A model generated the notes under the pieces. It was given only the letters and a program-made list of their open reading frames with translations, was not told the DNA's origin and did no database searches. A stretch of DNA of 64,000 nt from Mycobacteriales bacterium (GTDB lineage Bacteria; Actinomycetota; Actinomycetes; JAFAQI01): assembly GCA_035501255.1 (NCBI GenBank), contig DATJWM010000039.1, forward strand, positions 654 to 64,653, written 5' to 3'. Shown piece by piece: positions 36,960 to 46,565 of the stretch; positions within the stretch are counted from its first letter, which is position 1; every line of letters begins with the position of its first letter. The translations under genes and the position numbers were made by a program.

Positions 36960-38396
36960 TTGTCGCGTTCTCTTCAGCAACACCACGTAGTGTCGCGCGA
37001 GGTGCGTACTTCTCGGGTGGCGGCGATCGCCGTCGCGTCCATTGTGTCGGTTGCGATCGTGGTCGCCTACGCCGTGCACCGCGGGGGCGGCGCGCCGAGC
37101 GCCACCCCGAGCCTGTCCCCGACGATTGCGCCGCTTCCGATGTCATCGCCGCGCCCGTCGGTGCTCGCGCCGCTCGCGTCGACCGCGGCGGTCCCGACCC
37201 CGGCGGCGATGCGGGCCAACCTGTCGGCCGCGGCGGCACGGGTCGCGGCCGGCGCAACTCTGGTCGGCGAGGTGATCGACGCCCGGACCGGTGCGCGGTT
37301 GTGGTCGCGCGCGCCGCGCCGGGCGCAGCCGCCGGCGTCGACGGCAAAGCTGCTGACCGCCGCGGCGGCGTTGCGCGACCTCGGCCCGGCCTATCGGTTG
37401 CCCACGCAGACCCGACTCGTGGGGCGCACGGTCTACCTGGTTGGCGGCGGTGATCCGACAATCGTCCGCGGTCCGTCCTCGGCCGTTGTCTCGACGTACC
37501 CGACGCCGGCGCGCTTATCGACCCTCGCCAAGGAAACCGCGGCGGCGCTCGGTCCCGGTCGGCGGGTTCGGCTTCGCCTGGACACGAGCGCGTGGGCCGG
37601 TCCGGCGCTCGCCCGCGGGTGGAAGGCGTCGTACCTGACCGAGGGAGACATCGCCCCGCCCAGCCCGCTCGAGGTCGACGAAGGCCGGCTCGACCCGGAC
37701 AGCGAGTACTCGCCGCGGACCGCGAACCCTGCCGCTCAGGCGGGTGAGGTGTTTGCCACCCTGCTCGCGCAGGACGGAGTACAGGTGATCGGCGCGACCC
37801 GGGCCGGCACCGCTCCTGCGGCGGCGCGAACCGTGGCCCAGGTGCACTCGCCGCCGGTCGCCGCGCTCGTCCAGCAGATGCTGACCGAGAGCGACGACGA
37901 CCTGGCCGAGGCGCTCGGTCGGGCGGTGGCGATCCAGGACCATCGGCCGGCGACATTCCATGGCGCCGCAGCCGCCGTCACTTCCTCGGTCGCGGCGCTC
38001 GGCGTGCCGATCGACGGTCTGGTGCTCCATGACGCCAGCGGTTTGTCCCACCGCGATCGGGTGGCACCACGGACCCTGACCGCGGTGCTGCGGCTGGCGA
38101 CCTCGCCCGCGCAGCCGCGGATGCGCCCGATCATCGAGGGACTCCCGGTGGCGGGGCTGACCGGAACGTTGGCGCTGCGCTACCTCGGTGGACCGTCCCG
38201 GCGTGCGGCCGGGGTCCTTCGGGCCAAGACCGGGACGTTGTCCGGGGTCAACGCGCTGGCCGGTCAGGTCGTCGACCGCAGCGGTCGGCTGCTGATCTTT
38301 GACTTCCAGGCATCTAATGTCAGCGTGCCGGGCGAAACCGTACCCGCGCTGGACACGCTCGCGTCCCGGCTGGAGCATTGCGGCTGCACCGGCTGA
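36960..38396 (+). CDS. dacB: D-alanyl-D-alanine carboxypeptidase/endopeptidase (PBP4/S13 family)
   Basis: SxxK motif (ASTAKL) and a KTG triad (KTGTLSG). An N-terminal TM helix follows R-rich residues. The start may instead be the GTG at 36990. Confidence 0.8.
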   Translation: MSRSLQQHHVVSREVRTSRVAAIAVASIVSVAIVVAYAVHRGGGAPSATPSLSPTIAPLPMSSPRPSVLAPLASTAAVPTPAAMRANLSAAAARVAAGATLVGEVIDARTGARLWSRAPRRAQPPASTAKLLTAAAALRDLGPAYRLPTQTRLVGRTVYLVGGGDPTIVRGPSSAVVSTYPTPARLSTLAKETAAALGPGRRVRLRLDTSAWAGPALARGWKASYLTEGDIAPPSPLEVDEGRLDPDSEYSPRTANPAAQAGEVFATLLAQDGVQVIGATRAGTAPAAARTVAQVHSPPVAALVQQMLTESDDDLAEALGRAVAIQDHRPATFHGAAAAVTSSVAALGVPIDGLVLHDASGLSHRDRVAPRTLTAVLRLATSPAQPRMRPIIEGLPVAGLTGTLALRYLGGPSRRAAGVLRAKTGTLSGVNALAGQVVDRSGRLLIFDFQASNVSVPGETVPALDTLASRLEHCGCTG

Positions 38397-38400
38397 CCGC

Positions 38401-38520
38401 ACGGCGTACCGGCGTGACGCCGCTATCGGTATGGCGTACCGGCGTGACGCCGCTATCGGTACGGCGTACCGGCGTGACGCCGCTATCGGTATGGCGTACC
38501 GGCGTGACGCCGCTTCGGCG
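38401..38520 (+). repeat. Tandem array B of a 30-bp repeat (4 copies), unit A(C/T)GGCGTACCGGCGTGACGCCGCTATCGGT
   Basis: Four head-to-tail copies lie directly after the dacB stop. The core palindrome is CGGCGTGACGCCG. Translation across the array created the spurious AYRRDAAIG x4 N-terminal extension in the ORF track. Confidence 0.9.
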
Positions 38521-38532
38521 TACGTTCTATGG

Positions 38533-39618
38533 ATGCAGCTCGTCGATTGGCGGCTCGCGGCGGCGACCGGCAGCCGGCTGGTGCCGCCGGGACCGTCGAT
38601 CGGCCTGACCGAGGCCGTGGCGACGGTCGAGGATCTGCGCCGGACCGCCGTGATCGCCGACCGCTACGTCGCGGACATCACCGGCCTGGACGTCGCGTCC
38701 GACAGCGCGGTGACCGTGGTGGTCGACCGCCCGGCCTGGATCCGGGCCAACGTCGACAGCTTCGAGCAACTCGCCGGGCCGATCATCGCGAGCCTGGTCG
38801 ACGCGCGCGGCGTCGCTCCTTCGGTCGTGACCTCGCTCGGCTCCCGTGCGGCCGGGGTCGAGGTCGGTCTGTTGCTGAGCTACCTCGCGACCAAGGTGCT
38901 GGGGCAGTTCGAGCTCCTCGGGCCACCTCGTGGGCCGGGCGGCGCGCCCGGCGTCCCCGGACGCCTCACCCTGGTCGCCCCGAACATCGTCGCGGCCGAA
39001 CGCTCGCTGGAGGTCGACCCGGCCGACTTCCGGCTGTGGGTGTGCCTGCACGAGGTCACTCACCGCACTCAATTCGCGACCGCACCGTGGCTGCACGCTC
39101 ACGTGCAGGATCTGCTGCGCGAGTTCCTGCTCGCGTCCGACCTCGATCCGGCCGCCGTGCTGCGCCGCGTACGCGACGCGGCGAGCGGGCTGGCCGGCAG
39201 CCGCCGACCAGGGCCGAATCGGAGCATGATCGAAGTCCTCCAGACGCCCGCGCAGCGGGAGATCCTCGACCGGCTGACCGGGCTGATGAGCCTTCTCGAA
39301 GGCCACGCCGACGTCGTGATGGACCAGGTCGGCCCGTCGGTCGTCCCCTCGGTCGCGACGATCCGTTCCCGATTCGAGCGCAGACGGGCCGAATCAGGCC
39401 CGGTCGCGCGACTCATCCGGCGGGTGATCGGTCTCGAGATGAAGATGCGGCAGTACGCCGAAGGAGCGGCGTTCGTGCGCGCGGTCATCGCAGCGGTCGG
39501 CATGGACGGACTCAACACCGTCTGGTCGGCGCCCGATCGGCTTCCCACCGGTGCCGAGATCAAGGAACCGGCCAGATGGCTCGCCCGGACGGGTACGCCG
39601 CCCCTGGCTCCGGCCTGA
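38533..39618 (+). CDS. Zinc-dependent metalloprotease (HExxH), Rv3626c-like
   Basis: ATG at 38533 (MQLVDWRL...). The motif is HEVTHRTQF. The gene lies in the conserved position between dacB and tilS. Confidence 0.8.
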   Translation: MQLVDWRLAAATGSRLVPPGPSIGLTEAVATVEDLRRTAVIADRYVADITGLDVASDSAVTVVVDRPAWIRANVDSFEQLAGPIIASLVDARGVAPSVVTSLGSRAAGVEVGLLLSYLATKVLGQFELLGPPRGPGGAPGVPGRLTLVAPNIVAAERSLEVDPADFRLWVCLHEVTHRTQFATAPWLHAHVQDLLREFLLASDLDPAAVLRRVRDAASGLAGSRRPGPNRSMIEVLQTPAQREILDRLTGLMSLLEGHADVVMDQVGPSVVPSVATIRSRFERRRAESGPVARLIRRVIGLEMKMRQYAEGAAFVRAVIAAVGMDGLNTVWSAPDRLPTGAEIKEPARWLARTGTPPLAPA

Positions 39619-39623
39619 GCGCG

Positions 39624-40568
39624 ATGCGGATGGATCCGGCGGTTGCTGCTGTCCGGCGTGCGGTCCGCGCGGACCTGACCGACCTCCCGCCGGGAGCCCT
39701 CGTGCTCGCGGCCGTGAGCGGTGGCCCGGATTCGCTCGCGCTGGCTGCGGCGCTCGGCCAAGAGGCGGCGGCTCTCGGTCTGCGGGCGGGGGCGGTGACG
39801 GTGGATCACGGCCTCCAGGATGGCTCGGCCGACCGCGCGCGGGGGGTGGCGGCGACCTGTGCCGAGTTGGGTCTGGATCCGGTGGAGATCGTCGCGGTCG
39901 AGGTCGCTCGTGAGGGCGGCCCCGAAGGGGCGGCCCGCACCGCCAGGTACGCCGCGATCGATCGAGTCGTGGCTGCTCTCGGCGTCGGCGCCGTCCTGCT
40001 CGGTCACACCCTCGACGACCAGGCCGAGACGGTCCTGCTCGGCTTGGCCCGTGGGTCGGGGGCGCGATCGGTCTCGGGCATGCCGGCCCGCCGCGGCCGG
40101 CTTCGACGCCCGCTGCTCGAGCTACGCCGGGCCACGACCGACGCGGCGTGCCGAGCGTGGGAGCTCGCGCCGTGGGCCGATCCGCACAACGCCGATCCTC
40201 GGTTCGCCCGGGCCCGGGTGCGCACGCAGGTCATGCCGCTTCTCCTCGACGTGCTCGGACCGGGGGTACCGGAGGCGCTCGCGCGCACTGCGGCCATGGT
40301 GCGGGAGGACGCCGACGCGCTCGACGCCCTTGCCGCTTCAGTCACGGACCCTGCCGACGTCGCGGCGCTCGAAGGACTCGGGCCGGCGATCCGCACCCGG
40401 GTCCTGCATCGGGCCGCGATCGAGGGTGGCGTGCCGGCCGGTGCTTTGAGCGCAGCGCATGTCCGGGAGATCGACCGCCTGGTGACCGCCTGGCACGGTC
40501 AGGGACCGGTGAGCCTGCCCGGGGGGTTGGTCGCCGAACGCGCGTATGGCAGGCTCACGTTTCGATGA
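39624..40568 (+). CDS. tilS: tRNA(Ile)-lysidine synthetase
   Basis: PP-loop SGGPDS. The reading frame was re-derived; the track ORF 38529-40568 mixes frames. Confidence 0.85.
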   Translation: MRMDPAVAAVRRAVRADLTDLPPGALVLAAVSGGPDSLALAAALGQEAAALGLRAGAVTVDHGLQDGSADRARGVAATCAELGLDPVEIVAVEVAREGGPEGAARTARYAAIDRVVAALGVGAVLLGHTLDDQAETVLLGLARGSGARSVSGMPARRGRLRRPLLELRRATTDAACRAWELAPWADPHNADPRFARARVRTQVMPLLLDVLGPGVPEALARTAAMVREDADALDALAASVTDPADVAALEGLGPAIRTRVLHRAAIEGGVPAGALSAAHVREIDRLVTAWHGQGPVSLPGGLVAERAYGRLTFR

Positions 40569-41155
40569 CCGCCCCACTGCTGCCGATGGAGACCGCGGCC
40601 GATCCGCCGGCCAACCTGCATCCGGATATCGAGGCCGTTCTGGTGTCGCAGGCCCAGATCGCACGGAAGATCGCCGAGCTGGCCGTCCTGATCGACACCG
40701 ACTACGCCGGGCGGGAGGTCGTTCTCGTCGGGGTGCTCAAGGGCGCCGTGATGGTGATGGCCGATCTGGCCCGCGCGCTGAGCGTTCCGGTTTCGCTCGA
40801 GTTCATGGCCGTCTCCTCCTACGGGTCCGCGACCTCGTCCTCGGGTGTGGTGCGGATCCTCAAGGACCTCGACCGGGACATCGCCGGCTGCCACGTGCTC
40901 GTCGTTGAGGACATCATCGACTCGGGCCTGACGCTGTCGTGGTTGCTGCGCAATCTGCGTTCGAGAGGCCCGGCCTCGGTCGAGGTCGTGGCGATGCTGC
41001 GCAAACCGGAAGCCGCCCAGGTGCAGGTCCCGGTGCGCTACATGGGGTTCGACATCCCGAGCGTCTTCGTCGTCGGGTACGGCCTGGACTACGCGCAGCG
41101 CTACCGCGAGCTTCCCTATGTCGGCACCTTGCGGCCCGAGGTCTACTCCTCCTGA
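40565..41155 (+). CDS. hpt: Hypoxanthine-guanine phosphoribosyltransferase
   Basis: PRPP-binding motif [17 protein letters not shown] overlap with tilS. Confidence 0.9.
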   Translation: MTAPLLPMETAADPPANLHPDIEAVLVSQAQIARKIAELAVLIDTDYAGREVVLVGVLKGAVMVMADLARALSVPVSLEFMAVSSYGSATSSSGVVRILKDLDRDIAGCHVLVVEDIIDSGLTLSWLLRNLRSRGPASVEVVAMLRKPEAAQVQVPVRYMGFDIPSVFVVGYGLDYAQRYRELPYVGTLRPEVYSS

Positions 41156-41326
41156 GCGTTCGGCGGTTTGCCGCTCGCCACGGGTGGCTCGATCGCGTGG
41201 ATTAGGCGTTCCACAGGATCGGGCACGGGGGACGGCTAATCCGTAAGCGGTGTACCGTCGATACTTGCGGAGGACTCTTTTCCGACCTCTAAGCGCGATC
41301 CCGTCCAGCCACGTCGAGCAGGAGCT

Positions 41327-43585
41327 ATGAACCTTCGCCGGACCGTCCGCGGACCCATCTTGTGGGTGATCGTGGCCATTCTGGTCGTATTGGCGTTGCT
41401 CGAGGTCGCAAACACCGGCACCAGTTACAAGTCGGTGCCACTGCCGACGATTCAGCAGGCGATCACCAACGGCGAGGTCCAGTCAGCGGTGATCAAGGAT
41501 CAGTCGCAGGTGATCGAGGTCACCCTCAAAGACGGCAAACAGATCGACGGCTCGAACAAGCTCGAGTCCGCCTACACCGTCCACTACGACGTCGACCTGG
41601 TCAATCAGGTCACCAACGCCGGGGTCACCGACCTCACGATCGATCGCGAGCACACGAACCCGTTCGTGTCGCTCATCGTTCAGTTGCTGCCGTTCGTGCT
41701 CATCGTCGTGCTGATGCTGTTCATCCTGAACCAGATGCAAGGCGGCGGCGGGCGGGTCATGCAGTTCGGCAAGGCCAAGGCCAAGCTGGTCAGCAAGGAC
41801 ACCCCGAAGACCACCTTCGCCGATGTGGCCGGCGCGGACGAGGCGATCGAGGAGCTCCAGGAGATCAAGGAGTTCCTCGAGAACCCGGCGAAGTTCCAGG
41901 CGATCGGCGCCAAGATTCCCAAGGGCGTGCTGCTCTACGGCCCGCCCGGCACCGGAAAGACCCTGCTCGCACGCGCGGTTGCGGGCGAGGCCGGCGTGCC
42001 GTTCTACTCGATCTCCGGGTCGGACTTCGTCGAGATGTTCGTCGGCGTGGGTGCGAGCCGGGTGCGCGACCTGTTCGAGCAGGCGAAGACGAACGCGCCG
42101 GCGATCATCTTCGTTGACGAGATCGACGCGGTCGGCCGGCACCGGGGCGCCGGTCTGGGTGGCGGGCACGACGAGCGCGAGCAGACTCTCAACCAGATGC
42201 TGGTCGAGATGGACGGATTCGACGTCAACCGTGGCGTGATCCTGATCGCGGCGACGAACCGGCCCGACATCCTCGACCCCGCGCTGCTTCGGCCCGGCCG
42301 TTTCGACCGGCAGATCGTGGTCGACCGGCCGGACCTTGAGGGCCGCCGCGCGATCCTGGCGGTCCATTCCAAGGGCAAGCCGTTTTCCCCCGACGTCGAT
42401 CTCGACGTCGTCGCCCGGCGTACGCCGGGTTTCACCGGCGCGGATCTCGCGAACGTCATCAACGAGGCGGCCCTGCTGACCGCGCGCAGCAGTGGCAAGA
42501 TGATCACCAACGACACCCTCGAGGAGTCGATCGATCGGGTCATGGCCGGTCCGATGCGCAAGACCCGGGTGATGAGCGACAAGGAAAAGAAGGTCACCGC
42601 TTACCACGAGGGTGGCCACGCCCTCGTCGCCTGGGCGCTGCCGAACACCGCGCCGGTCCACAAGATCAGCATCATCGCGCGCGGCCGGTCGCTCGGTCAC
42701 ACCCTCGTCCTGCCCGAAGAGGACAAGTACAACCAGACCCGCTCCGAGATGATGGACATGCTCGCCTACGCCCTCGGTGGGCGCGCGGCTGAGGAGCTCG
42801 TCTTCCACGAGCCCACTACCGGCGCTTCCAACGACATCGAGAAGGCGACCGCGACCGCCCGGGCGATGGTCATGACCTACGGCATGAGCGAGAAGCTCGG
42901 CCCGCTGAAGTTCGGGAGGGGCGAGGGCGATGTCTTCCTCGGTCGCGATCTCGGCCACGAGCGCGACTTCTCCGAGGAGGTCGCCTCCCAGATCGACGAC
43001 GAAGTCCGGGGTTTGATCGAGCGCGCCCATGATGAGGCGTGGGAGATCCTCGTCGAGTACCGCGACGTGCTCGATGACATGGTGCTTGCGCTGCTCGACA
43101 AGGAGACGTTGAGCAAGGCGGACCTCACCGAGATCTTTGCCAAGGTCGACAAGCGGCCCTACCGCAGCATCGCCCCCGCACGCGAGATCCCCAACGATCG
43201 CCCTCCGGTGATGACTCCGGCGGAGCTCGCCGCTCTCGACCCGGCCGAGCTCGCGAAGCTGACGGCTGCCAACGACCACCGCAACGGCGTCAAGGCCAAC
43301 GGCGCCCGCACCAACGGGACCCGGGCGAACGGCACGAAGGCGAACGGCACGAAGGCGAACGGCACCCGGGCGAACGGCACGAAAGCGAACGGCACCCGGG
43401 CGAGCGGCTCTCGGTCGAACGGTTCCCGGTCCACCGGCGCAAAGTCCAACGGAACCCGCAGCTCCGCGGCGAACGGAGCTTCGGCTCGCACCCGAGCCGA
43501 TCGGGAGGCCAAGCCGCCCGCGCAGCCTCGCACGCGGACCAAGCGGACCGACGGCGGTCGCCAGGCGCCCGGGACGACGGGCTGA
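41327..43585 (+). CDS. ftsH: ATP-dependent zinc metalloprotease FtsH with a repetitive C-terminal tail
   Basis: Two TM helices, an AAA domain (GPPGTGKT), the HEGGH zinc site, and an ANGT(K/R) pentapeptide tandem tail. Confidence 0.95.
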   Translation: MNLRRTVRGPILWVIVAILVVLALLEVANTGTSYKSVPLPTIQQAITNGEVQSAVIKDQSQVIEVTLKDGKQIDGSNKLESAYTVHYDVDLVNQVTNAGVTDLTIDREHTNPFVSLIVQLLPFVLIVVLMLFILNQMQGGGGRVMQFGKAKAKLVSKDTPKTTFADVAGADEAIEELQEIKEFLENPAKFQAIGAKIPKGVLLYGPPGTGKTLLARAVAGEAGVPFYSISGSDFVEMFVGVGASRVRDLFEQAKTNAPAIIFVDEIDAVGRHRGAGLGGGHDEREQTLNQMLVEMDGFDVNRGVILIAATNRPDILDPALLRPGRFDRQIVVDRPDLEGRRAILAVHSKGKPFSPDVDLDVVARRTPGFTGADLANVINEAALLTARSSGKMITNDTLEESIDRVMAGPMRKTRVMSDKEKKVTAYHEGGHALVAWALPNTAPVHKISIIARGRSLGHTLVLPEEDKYNQTRSEMMDMLAYALGGRAAEELVFHEPTTGASNDIEKATATARAMVMTYGMSEKLGPLKFGRGEGDVFLGRDLGHERDFSEEVASQIDDEVRGLIERAHDEAWEILVEYRDVLDDMVLALLDKETLSKADLTEIFAKVDKRPYRSIAPAREIPNDRPPVMTPAELAALDPAELAKLTAANDHRNGVKANGARTNGTRANGTKANGTKANGTRANGTKANGTRASGSRSNGSRSTGAKSNGTRSSAANGASARTRADREAKPPAQPRTRTKRTDGGRQAPGTTG

Positions 43586-43632
43586 CCGCAGACCGCTGCG
43601 TCCGCGGGCTTGCGGACCTCGGCCGATGCCGA

Positions 43633-44439
43633 GTGATCGGCGTCGTCAACGTCACACCGGACTCCTTCAGCGACGGCGGTCGCCACCTCGACCCGGGGGC
43701 CGCCGTTGCGCACGGGATCGCCCTGCACGCGGCCGGAGCTGATCTCGTCGACGTCGGCGGTGAGTCCACCCGTCCAGGGGCGACCAGGGTGGACGCGACC
43801 GAGGAGATCCGCAGGGTGCTGCCGGTGGTGCGCGACCTCGTGGCGGCCGGAGTCACGGTGAGCATCGACACGATGCGGCGAGAGACCGCGACGGCCGCGC
43901 TCGTGGCGGGCGCCTCGATCGTCAACGACGTATCCGGCGGGCTGGCCGATCCCGATCTCCCGCGGTTGGTTGCCGACCACGGGGTTCCCTATGTCCTGAT
44001 GCATTGGCGCGGGCACAGCGACGAGATGTACAAGCACGCTCAGTACGCCGACGTCGTCGGGGAGGTAGGTGCGGAGCTGACTCGCCGGGTGGAGGCGGTC
44101 GTCGCCGCCGGGGTCGAACTCGACCAGATCGTGCTCGATCCGGGCATCGGCTTTGCCAAAACCGCCGAGCACAACTGGACGCTGGTCGCCAACCTTGACC
44201 GCCTCGCCTACCTCGGGCGCCCACTGCTCGTCGGGGCCAGCCGCAAGTCGTTCCTGGGGGAGTTGCTCGCGGTCGACGACCTCCCCCGACCCCCGGAGGA
44301 GCGCGACGATGCGACGGTGGCGACCACGGTGCTGGCCGCTCTTGCCGGTGCGTGGGCCGTGCGGGTGCACTCCGTGCCGGCCAACGTGGATGCGGTCAAG
44401 GTAGCGGCGAGGGTGCTCGCCGCTCGCGATCGACCGTGA
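43633..44439 (+). CDS. folP: Dihydropteroate synthase
   Basis: Pterin-binding domain (VIGVVNVTPDSFSDGG). GTG start. Confidence 0.9.
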   Translation: MIGVVNVTPDSFSDGGRHLDPGAAVAHGIALHAAGADLVDVGGESTRPGATRVDATEEIRRVLPVVRDLVAAGVTVSIDTMRRETATAALVAGASIVNDVSGGLADPDLPRLVADHGVPYVLMHWRGHSDEMYKHAQYADVVGEVGAELTRRVEAVVAAGVELDQIVLDPGIGFAKTAEHNWTLVANLDRLAYLGRPLLVGASRKSFLGELLAVDDLPRPPEERDDATVATTVLAALAGAWAVRVHSVPANVDAVKVAARVLAARDRP

Positions 44440-44858
44440 CCGACGATGAGGCGGTGAGCGCCGCGAACACCGAGTTCTACGCCGCGATCGAAGCAGGCGA
44501 CGTGGCGCGCATCGCCGCTGTGTGGGACGACGCGGACGACATCTCCTGCGTGCACCCCGGGTGGCCGGCGGTGCGTGGGCGGTCGCGGGTGCTGCGGTCG
44601 TGGGCGGTGATCATGGCCAACACCGCCTACATTCAGTTCTTCGTCACCGACGCCCGCGCGACGGTGGAAGGCGACGTCGGAATCGTCACCTGCGAGCACA
44701 GCCTGCTCGCTCGCACGACCGATGAGGAGACCGGGCTCGGCGAGACCGCGCGTGTCGTCGCGACCAACGTGTTCCGGCAACGAGACGATGGCTGGCGGCT
44801 GTGGGCTCATCACGCCTCGCCTGTGGCGACGGCGGCGGAGGACGGGGAGCAAGCGTGA
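44436..44858 (+). CDS. NTF2/SnoaL-fold protein (DUF4440-like)
   Basis: GTG at 44436 forms a GTGA overlap with folP. It is translationally coupled within the fol operon. Confidence 0.6.
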   Translation: MTDDEAVSAANTEFYAAIEAGDVARIAAVWDDADDISCVHPGWPAVRGRSRVLRSWAVIMANTAYIQFFVTDARATVEGDVGIVTCEHSLLARTTDEETGLGETARVVATNVFRQRDDGWRLWAHHASPVATAAEDGEQA

Positions 44859-45217
44859 GCGACACAATTGCGGTGCGGGGCCTTCGAGTCCGGGGCTTTC
44901 ACGGCGTTCTCGCCGAGGAACGCGCCGTTGGCCAGCTCTTCGTCGTCGACGTGGAGCTGACCGTCGACACGCGTCCGGCGGCCGCGGAGGACGACTTGGC
45001 GCTGACGGTCGACTACTCCTCGCTCGCTCATTTGCTGGCCGAAGTGATCGGGGGTGAGCCGGTCGCGCTGATCGAGACATTGGCGCAGCGGCTGGCCGAC
45101 GTCTGTCTCGCCGATCCGATGGTGGCTGCGGTCGATGTGACCGTCCACAAGCCCGACGCGCCGGTCGGGTTGCCGGTCAGTGACATCGTCGTCGCCATCC
45201 ACCGTGAGCGCGCGTAG
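44855..45217 (+). CDS. folB: Dihydroneopterin aldolase
   Basis: GTG at 44855 overlaps the upstream stop. The FolB core is IAVRGLRVRGFHGVLAEER. Confidence 0.85.
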   Translation: MSDTIAVRGLRVRGFHGVLAEERAVGQLFVVDVELTVDTRPAAAEDDLALTVDYSSLAHLLAEVIGGEPVALIETLAQRLADVCLADPMVAAVDVTVHKPDAPVGLPVSDIVVAIHRERA

Positions 45218-45224
45218 GTCGGCC

Positions 45225-45710
45225 ATGACCGCAGTGGTCTCACTCGGCGGGAATCTCGGCGATCGCGCGGCGTACCTTCGGCGCGCGATCGAGGTCATCG
45301 CGATGCAGGTGCCGGTGCGTGCCGTCTCCTCGCTCTATGAGTCCGCGCCGATCGGAGTGACGGATTCCCCGGCGTACCTGAATGCGGTCGTCGTGGTCGA
45401 TTCTGGCGATGCCGAACGGGTATTCCAGGCGGCCGGGGCGGCCGAGCGGAGTCAGGGTCGACTGCGGTCCCGGCGCTGGGGGCCGCGCACACTCGACGCA
45501 GACGTCATCGCGGTCGACCAGCAGGTGTCCGCCAGTCCACGGCTCACGCTCCCGCATCCGCGTGCCCACGAGCGAGCGTTCGTCCTGATGCCGTGGCTCG
45601 AGGTGGACGCCACCGCGTCGATCACCGGCTACGGGCCGGTCCGACGGTTGCTGGAGGAATTGCCCGATCAGCACGTCGTGCGGGTTGCCCCGGCGCCCCC
45701 GCTGCCGTGA
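45225..45710 (+). CDS. folK: 2-amino-4-hydroxy-6-hydroxymethyldihydropteridine pyrophosphokinase
   Basis: HPPK motifs are present (VVSLGGNLGDR, RWGPRTLDADVI). Confidence 0.85.
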   Translation: MTAVVSLGGNLGDRAAYLRRAIEVIAMQVPVRAVSSLYESAPIGVTDSPAYLNAVVVVDSGDAERVFQAAGAAERSQGRLRSRRWGPRTLDADVIAVDQQVSASPRLTLPHPRAHERAFVLMPWLEVDATASITGYGPVRRLLEELPDQHVVRVAPAPPLP

Positions 45711-46195
45711 CGCGCCCGACCCGGTACACCGTGCTGGTCGCGGTCGCGATCGTTGCCGGTGGATCGATGTATGCCCTGACCCGGTTCGCCTACGATTCCA
45801 TGCCCGGCCCCACCCTGCTTCAGCTGCTGTCGATCGCCATCCTGGCGATTGCGGAGTTCTACGTCGCGCTCCTGACCCGCGCTCGGCTCGCGGGACGCCA
45901 CGGCACCCGTCCTGTCGATCCGTTGGCGGTCACCCGATTCGTCGCGCTCGCGAAGGCGTCTGCGATCGTCGGCGCGCTTGCCGCCGGTGGGTACGCCGGC
46001 TTCCTCACCTGGGTCGCGAGGTTGGACTCGCCAAGTGCCTCCGACGACTCCCGGCTGGCCGCGTTCGGGGTGGGGTTCGGGTTGCTGCTGACCGCGGCCG
46101 CGCTGTTCTTGGAGCACGTGTGTCGGGTGCCCCCGAGGGATGACGACGACCCGCCTCCGCCGGCCGACGACGTCTGGGACCATCACGAGCATTGA
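45707..46195 (+). CDS. DUF3180 membrane protein (Rv3605c-like)
   Basis: GTGA overlap with folK. Four TM helices. Conserved fol-operon tail gene. Confidence 0.65.
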   Translation: MTRPTRYTVLVAVAIVAGGSMYALTRFAYDSMPGPTLLQLLSIAILAIAEFYVALLTRARLAGRHGTRPVDPLAVTRFVALAKASAIVGALAAGGYAGFLTWVARLDSPSASDDSRLAAFGVGFGLLLTAAALFLEHVCRVPPRDDDDPPPPADDVWDHHEH

Positions 46196-46220
46196 CCTCA
46201 CGCCGGTAGGCTGCGCTGCC

Positions 46221-46526
46221 ATGACGACCGACGAGCCTTCCGCCGCGCCGACGTTTGCTGAGCTCGATGCGCTGTCCGACCGCGACCTACGCGAGCGGGC
46301 GTTCGCCGTTGCGGAGCACCATCACGACCTGGGGTTCTTCTGGGATCTCGTGAAGCACCTGCGCGGCGCCGAGGACTTCGGATCCGACGACGGATCGGCC
46401 GGCGGTCTGGGGGAGTCGCTCACCGGTGCGGCCGAGGTCGTTGCCGGGCTGCTCGGACGAGGAGAGGACACGCTCGACCCGATGGTCCGGGCGCGGTTCA
46501 TCTCCTACCTTCAGGAGCACGGCTGA
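46221..46526 (+). CDS. Hypothetical acidic protein (101 aa)
   Basis: ATG at 46221. No recognisable domain. Confidence 0.4.
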   Translation: MTTDEPSAAPTFAELDALSDRDLRERAFAVAEHHHDLGFFWDLVKHLRGAEDFGSDDGSAGGLGESLTGAAEVVAGLLGRGEDTLDPMVRARFISYLQEHG

Positions 46527-46565
46527 GCCGAAAGGCGCCGACCGTCGACCGGTGCGCGACCTGGC

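Noticed and set aside
36457-37956. 499-aa ORF in the ppa frame.
   Set aside because: Pyrophosphatase homology covers only the last 160 codons, from the GTG at 36939. The remainder is an R/P/A-rich read-through antisense to dacB.
38299-38532. N-terminal extension of the metalloprotease ORF containing AYRRDAAIG x4.
   Set aside because: The peptide repeat is simply the translation of the 30-bp DNA tandem array. The conserved protein starts at the ATG at 38533.
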